Assembly: GCA_964524475.1 (NCBI GenBank)
Contig: CAZGCO010000003.1
Location: forward strand, 6,922 to 46,881
Direction: 5' to 3'
Source: an uncultured Candidatus Saccharibacteria bacterium
GTDB lineage: Bacteria; Patescibacteriota; Minisyncoccia; Phycocordibacterales; UBA1006
Length of the DNA stretch: 39,960 nucleotides
Under the pieces are notes generated by a model. That model made no database searches. It was not told where the DNA came from and saw nothing but the letters and a program-made list of their open reading frames with translations. This document shows, in pieces, positions 36,650 through 39,960 of this stretch. Position 1 is the stretch's first letter, and each line of letters opens with the position of its first letter. Made by a program: the position numbers and the translations under genes.

Positions 36650-37561
36650 ATGATACACCGACACAATCATCATGGCGTTACCTGGATAGATATCGAAGAA
36701 CCTATTGCATCAGATATAACATCTGTAGCAAAAGAATACAATCTGCATCCAGATTGTATTGAACAACTATACGAAAAGAGTTCTCGTTCGAAAACAGAAC
36801 ATTTTGATGACCATACATTACTCATTATTCATTTTCCTGATCATCCGTCACAAAAAACTGGCAGCCCAAAAGTAGAACTGGATTTTGTTATTGGTAAAGA
36901 TTACCTGATCACTATTAGATATGGGGTTTTAGATTCATTATTGGAATTTGAAAAAATGTCCCAAGTTCATAACTTGATTCATCAAAAGAAAAATATCACG
37001 GCTCAACCTATTCATATGGTTCATGATATTTTACATATATTATACAACGGTATGTGTACCGAAATTATCAATATCACCAGTGTTCTCGATGAAATCGAAG
37101 AAGAAATATTTAAAGGTCATGAAGAAATTACCGTAAAACGTATTTCATTATTACGCAGACAGTTTATTGATATGAAACATTCGACACGATTCCACGAAGA
37201 AGTCTTGAAAAACTTTATTTCATACCGTGTATCTGCAGGAGATCATGAAGCAAATATTCATGAAAGTATTTTAAACAATTACTACAAAATGCAAGATGCT
37301 CTTGAATCCGATCTTGAAATTATTCGTGAACTCCGCGAGACGAACGATTCGCTCCTGACTGCAAAAAACAACGGGGTCATGAAACGTCTGACGCTGATGG
37401 CATTCGTAACATTCCCACTATCTCTGGTTGCTATTATATTATTTGATCCACAGTCTCCACATATATTCCATGGACCATATGGATTTTGGATTGTTGTCGG
37501 GATTTTGACAGTTTTGTTTTTGATTATGCAAATCTATTTTACTTATAAAAAGTGGATTTAA
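36650..37561 (+). CDS. CorA-like divalent cation transporter family protein lacking the GMN motif (start uncertain: 36599, 36632 or 36650)
   Basis: CorA-like cytoplasmic domain and two C-terminal TM helices. The loop reads ...FPLSLVAIILFDPQSP where Y-G-M-N is expected. Confidence 0.6.
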   Translation: MIHRHNHHGVTWIDIEEPIASDITSVAKEYNLHPDCIEQLYEKSSRSKTEHFDDHTLLIIHFPDHPSQKTGSPKVELDFVIGKDYLITIRYGVLDSLLEFEKMSQVHNLIHQKKNITAQPIHMVHDILHILYNGMCTEIINITSVLDEIEEEIFKGHEEITVKRISLLRRQFIDMKHSTRFHEEVLKNFISYRVSAGDHEANIHESILNNYYKMQDALESDLEIIRELRETNDSLLTAKNNGVMKRLTLMAFVTFPLSLVAIILFDPQSPHIFHGPYGFWIVVGILTVLFLIMQIYFTYKKWI

Positions 37562-37570
37562 TACCAAGTA

Positions 37571-37596
37571 AAAACACACCTTTCGGGTGTTTTTTA
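37571..37596 (+). terminator. Intrinsic terminator (weak)
   Basis: acacc-tttcg-ggtgt hairpin followed by a T-run. Confidence 0.55.
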
Positions 37597-37624
37597 TTGG
37601 ATAATTATATGGTATAGTACCTTT

Positions 37625-38977
37625 ATGAACATCTATCTCACCAATACATTAACGAAACAAAAAGAACTCTTTACCCCGCTCGTTCCAGGGGCTGTGGGTA
37701 TGTATCACTGTGGACCTACGGTATACGGACCGATTCATATCGGTAATCTCCGTGCGTTTTTACTGGCAGATATTGTACGCCGTGTGTTTGAATATAACCA
37801 TTACACCGTAAACCAAGTCATGAACATTACTGATATTGGACATCTCGTTTCTGATGGTGATGATGGAAACGATAAAATGACCAAGGGGTTAGAACGTGAA
37901 GGACTTGCTATTAATCTCGAAAACATGCTGACCCTTGCTCGCAAATATGAAACAATGTTTGTGAACGATTTATCTGCGCTCAATATCCTTACTCCAAAAG
38001 TTCTCCCCCGCGCTAGTGATCATATTGACCAAGACATTGCGATTATTACAAAACTAGAATCGGCTGGACATACTTATACAACATCAGACGGTGTGTATTT
38101 TGACACTACCAGTATGCCTGATTATGGAAAACTTGGCGGTATCAGTAACCAAAACGAATCAAGAATCGAAACAAATACCGAGAAAAAAAATCCACGAGAT
38201 TTTGCTCTGTGGAAATTCGACACTGATAAGGGCTGGCCGTCGCCATGGGGTATGGGATTTCCTGGCTGGCATATCGAATGTTCTGGTATGAGTATGCATT
38301 ATCTGGGTGAACAGTTCGACATCCATACGGGCGGACATGATTTGGCAAGTATTCATCATAATAACGAAATCGCCCAATCAGAATGTACTACGGGACATAA
38401 TTATGTAAACTATTGGCTCCATAATGAATTCGTAAATATTGGAAGTGATAAAATGGCAAAATCAGGTGATAACAGTATCACCATTGCAACACTAACTGAA
38501 AAATCTATTAATCCCCTTGCGCTCCGCTATCTGTATCTACAATCACATTATCGGTCACAAATTAGTTTTTCATGGGATGCTCTGTCTGGTTCACAAACAG
38601 CGCTCCATAAATTACAAAAGATTATTTCAAGCTTCCCGGACGATGGAACGATTTCTGAAAGTTATCAAACATTATTCCGCGATATGATTTCAGATGACTT
38701 GAACACTGCAGGTGGACTGGCTATTGTATGGGAATTATTGAAAAATGGAGATGTATCAGATGCGGATAAACGCGCGACGATACTGGATTTTGATCAGGTA
38801 TTAGGGTTAAAATTAAGTGAAGCAACAAATACTACAGAACAGGAAACTAAAGAAATCCCAGAACATATTCAGAAATTGATTGACGAACGCGCCCAAGCTC
38901 GCGCACAAAAAAACTGGTCTCGAGCAGATGAGCTACGAGACCAGATTAAGGAGGCAGGATTTGAGGTTAGGGATTAA
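37625..38977 (+). CDS. cysS: Cysteine--tRNA ligase (450 aa)
   Basis: [15 protein letters not shown] (HIGH), GWHIECS, the KMAKS (KMSKS) motif and the C-terminal [16 protein letters not shown] helix. Confidence 0.93.
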   Translation: MNIYLTNTLTKQKELFTPLVPGAVGMYHCGPTVYGPIHIGNLRAFLLADIVRRVFEYNHYTVNQVMNITDIGHLVSDGDDGNDKMTKGLEREGLAINLENMLTLARKYETMFVNDLSALNILTPKVLPRASDHIDQDIAIITKLESAGHTYTTSDGVYFDTTSMPDYGKLGGISNQNESRIETNTEKKNPRDFALWKFDTDKGWPSPWGMGFPGWHIECSGMSMHYLGEQFDIHTGGHDLASIHHNNEIAQSECTTGHNYVNYWLHNEFVNIGSDKMAKSGDNSITIATLTEKSINPLALRYLYLQSHYRSQISFSWDALSGSQTALHKLQKIISSFPDDGTISESYQTLFRDMISDDLNTAGGLAIVWELLKNGDVSDADKRATILDFDQVLGLKLSEATNTTEQETKEIPEHIQKLIDERAQARAQKNWSRADELRDQIKEAGFEVRD

Positions 38978-39374
38978 TATACACACATTTCCATGTGTAA
39001 TTTTCAAGTTCATCAACCACGTTTTCTTTACTTTCAAAAGAAAACATAGATTCAAAACGGTGCCTAAAGGGTTCAAATTCTAAAAATAAACCTGTGCCAT
39101 AGATAGACTGTTGGATAGCTGCACAAATAAGCATTTCAGGATATTTTTCTTTATATTTCTCTATTGTCATATTTTCAAAAATATAAAAATCTTTTGTATA
39201 TTTTTTCCTTCCAATACTTCTTTCAATTACAACTTGTAATTCGCCACGTATTTCATCCAATCCTTCTAATAAGGTATTCTGTAAATAAACCTCTTCTTGT
39301 TCTTTAGTAAAGGAAATTATTGATTGATAAATAATTTTTTTACCAATTAAAATAGTAAATTTAAATTTTTTCAT
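38967..39374 (-). CDS. Hypothetical protein (135 aa); its 3' end overlaps the cysS 3' end by 11 nt
   Basis: Intact ORF between the dnaJ terminator and cysS. No motif recognised. Confidence 0.45.
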   Translation of the reverse strand: MKKFKFTILIGKKIIYQSIISFTKEQEEVYLQNTLLEGLDEIRGELQVVIERSIGRKKYTKDFYIFENMTIEKYKEKYPEMLICAAIQQSIYGTGLFLEFEPFRHRFESMFSFESKENVVDELENYTWKCVYINP

Positions 39375-39453
39375 TTTTAGATTTTTTAACTGTTATTTAA
39401 TATTTGTTTTCAAAATATATATTATCATACTATACTATATATGTCAATATACT

Positions 39454-39482
39454 AAAAATACCCAGAATTACTGGGTATTTTT
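39454..39482. terminator. Intrinsic terminator after dnaJ
   Basis: aaaaatacccag-aatta-ctgggtattttt hairpin. Confidence 0.85.
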
Positions 39483-39489
39483 AGTGTAT

Positions 39490-39960
39490 TTATAGTTCCC
39501 CTTTTAATTGCTCCACTACTTCCCTTGCTTTCTTACTTAGTTTTTTCGGCATGGTGATATGGGTAACGATTAATAAATCCCCTGTTTGCATAAATCCACC
39601 ACGGACACCTCCACCAGAGACTTTTAGTACTGTTCCTATCGGCATACATTCTGGGATTTTTACTTTTTCTTTTCCATCGAGTGTTTCAATTTCGATTTCT
39701 CGTCCTAGTAATGCATCAGTCAGACTAACATCCAGATCCATGACAATATGCATCCCCTGTTTTTTAAAGACCTTGTGTTTTTCTACGATGATATCGATCA
39801 TGAGATTTCCTGGTCGTCCGCCGTCAATACTCTCGCCTGCTCCCTCCATACGCAATCTCTCGCCATTATCGAGTCCCGCAGGGATATCAACAGTGATTTT
39901 TTTAGTTCCTGTTTGTTTTCCGTTTGCATATACCGGTACGGTGATTTCTCGCTGTACTCC
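39490..39960 (-). CDS. dnaJ: Molecular chaperone DnaJ, C-terminal part (5' end outside the window)
   Basis: The frame is open to the window edge. Translation has KITVDIPAGLDNGERLRMEGAGE...GGRPGNLMIDIIV..H..F.......L.....L.DALLG. Confidence 0.9.
   Translation of the reverse strand, partial: GVQREITVPVYANGKQTGTKKITVDIPAGLDNGERLRMEGAGESIDGGRPGNLMIDIIVEKHKVFKKQGMHIVMDLDVSLTDALLGREIEIETLDGKEKVKIPECMPIGTVLKVSGGGVRGGFMQTGDLLIVTHITMPKKLSKKAREVVEQLKGEL

Overview
This is an AT-rich, tightly packed bacterial chromosome segment that uses the standard genetic code. Nearly every gene is followed by a clear hairpin plus T-run terminator. Some content points to a reduced-genome Patescibacteria/CPR (Parcubacteria-like) organism: many small membrane or secreted proteins, CAP and 'sunset' domain exoproteins, pilin-like two-helix modules, and a short RNase P RNA. 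That lineage call is inference from protein flavour; no search was run.

Most of the window is housekeeping:
- Protein synthesis and export: secA, aspS (archaeal-type), hisS, lysS, cysS, typA, rpmA, rplI, rsmI, greA and a dnaJ 3' part.
- DNA and nucleotide metabolism: the 3' part of a class I RNR alpha subunit, rmuC, nth and a pyrD-like/pyrC pair.
- Envelope and other: PBP2, a PilB/GspE ATPase, a Ctp protease, a CorA-like protein and a yqeY-like gene.
- RNA genes: RNase P RNA and an initiator tRNA-fMet.

I found no CRISPR array, transposase, integrase, reverse transcriptase or recognisable defence operon.

The items most worth a second look are:
1. Tandem secreted proteins at 25.1-27.2 kb anchored by TrbC/VirB2-like (CPR 'T4SS pilin'-type) modules. 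One appears split by a frameshift, and one carries a 27-nt tandem repeat.
2. lysS, whose conserved motif-3 end sits in another frame after an apparent internal deletion.
3. A promoter-to-terminator bracketed, G+C-enriched stem-loop at 2.08-2.23 kb with no coding explanation (candidate orphan sRNA).
4. A 50-codon Lys/Ala-repeat histone-H1-like ORF at 2745-2897, absent from the ORF track, behind a structured-looking leader.
5. An SPFH/band-7-like gene overlapping the start of a membrane/beta-domain partner, with unusual upstream hairpins.
6. A membrane protein with a HEPN-like R-x4-H motif.
7. A CorA-like protein lacking the GMN motif.
8. A PilB with an internally duplicated C-terminal extension.

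All family calls come from motif recognition by eye and need HMM or BLAST confirmation.
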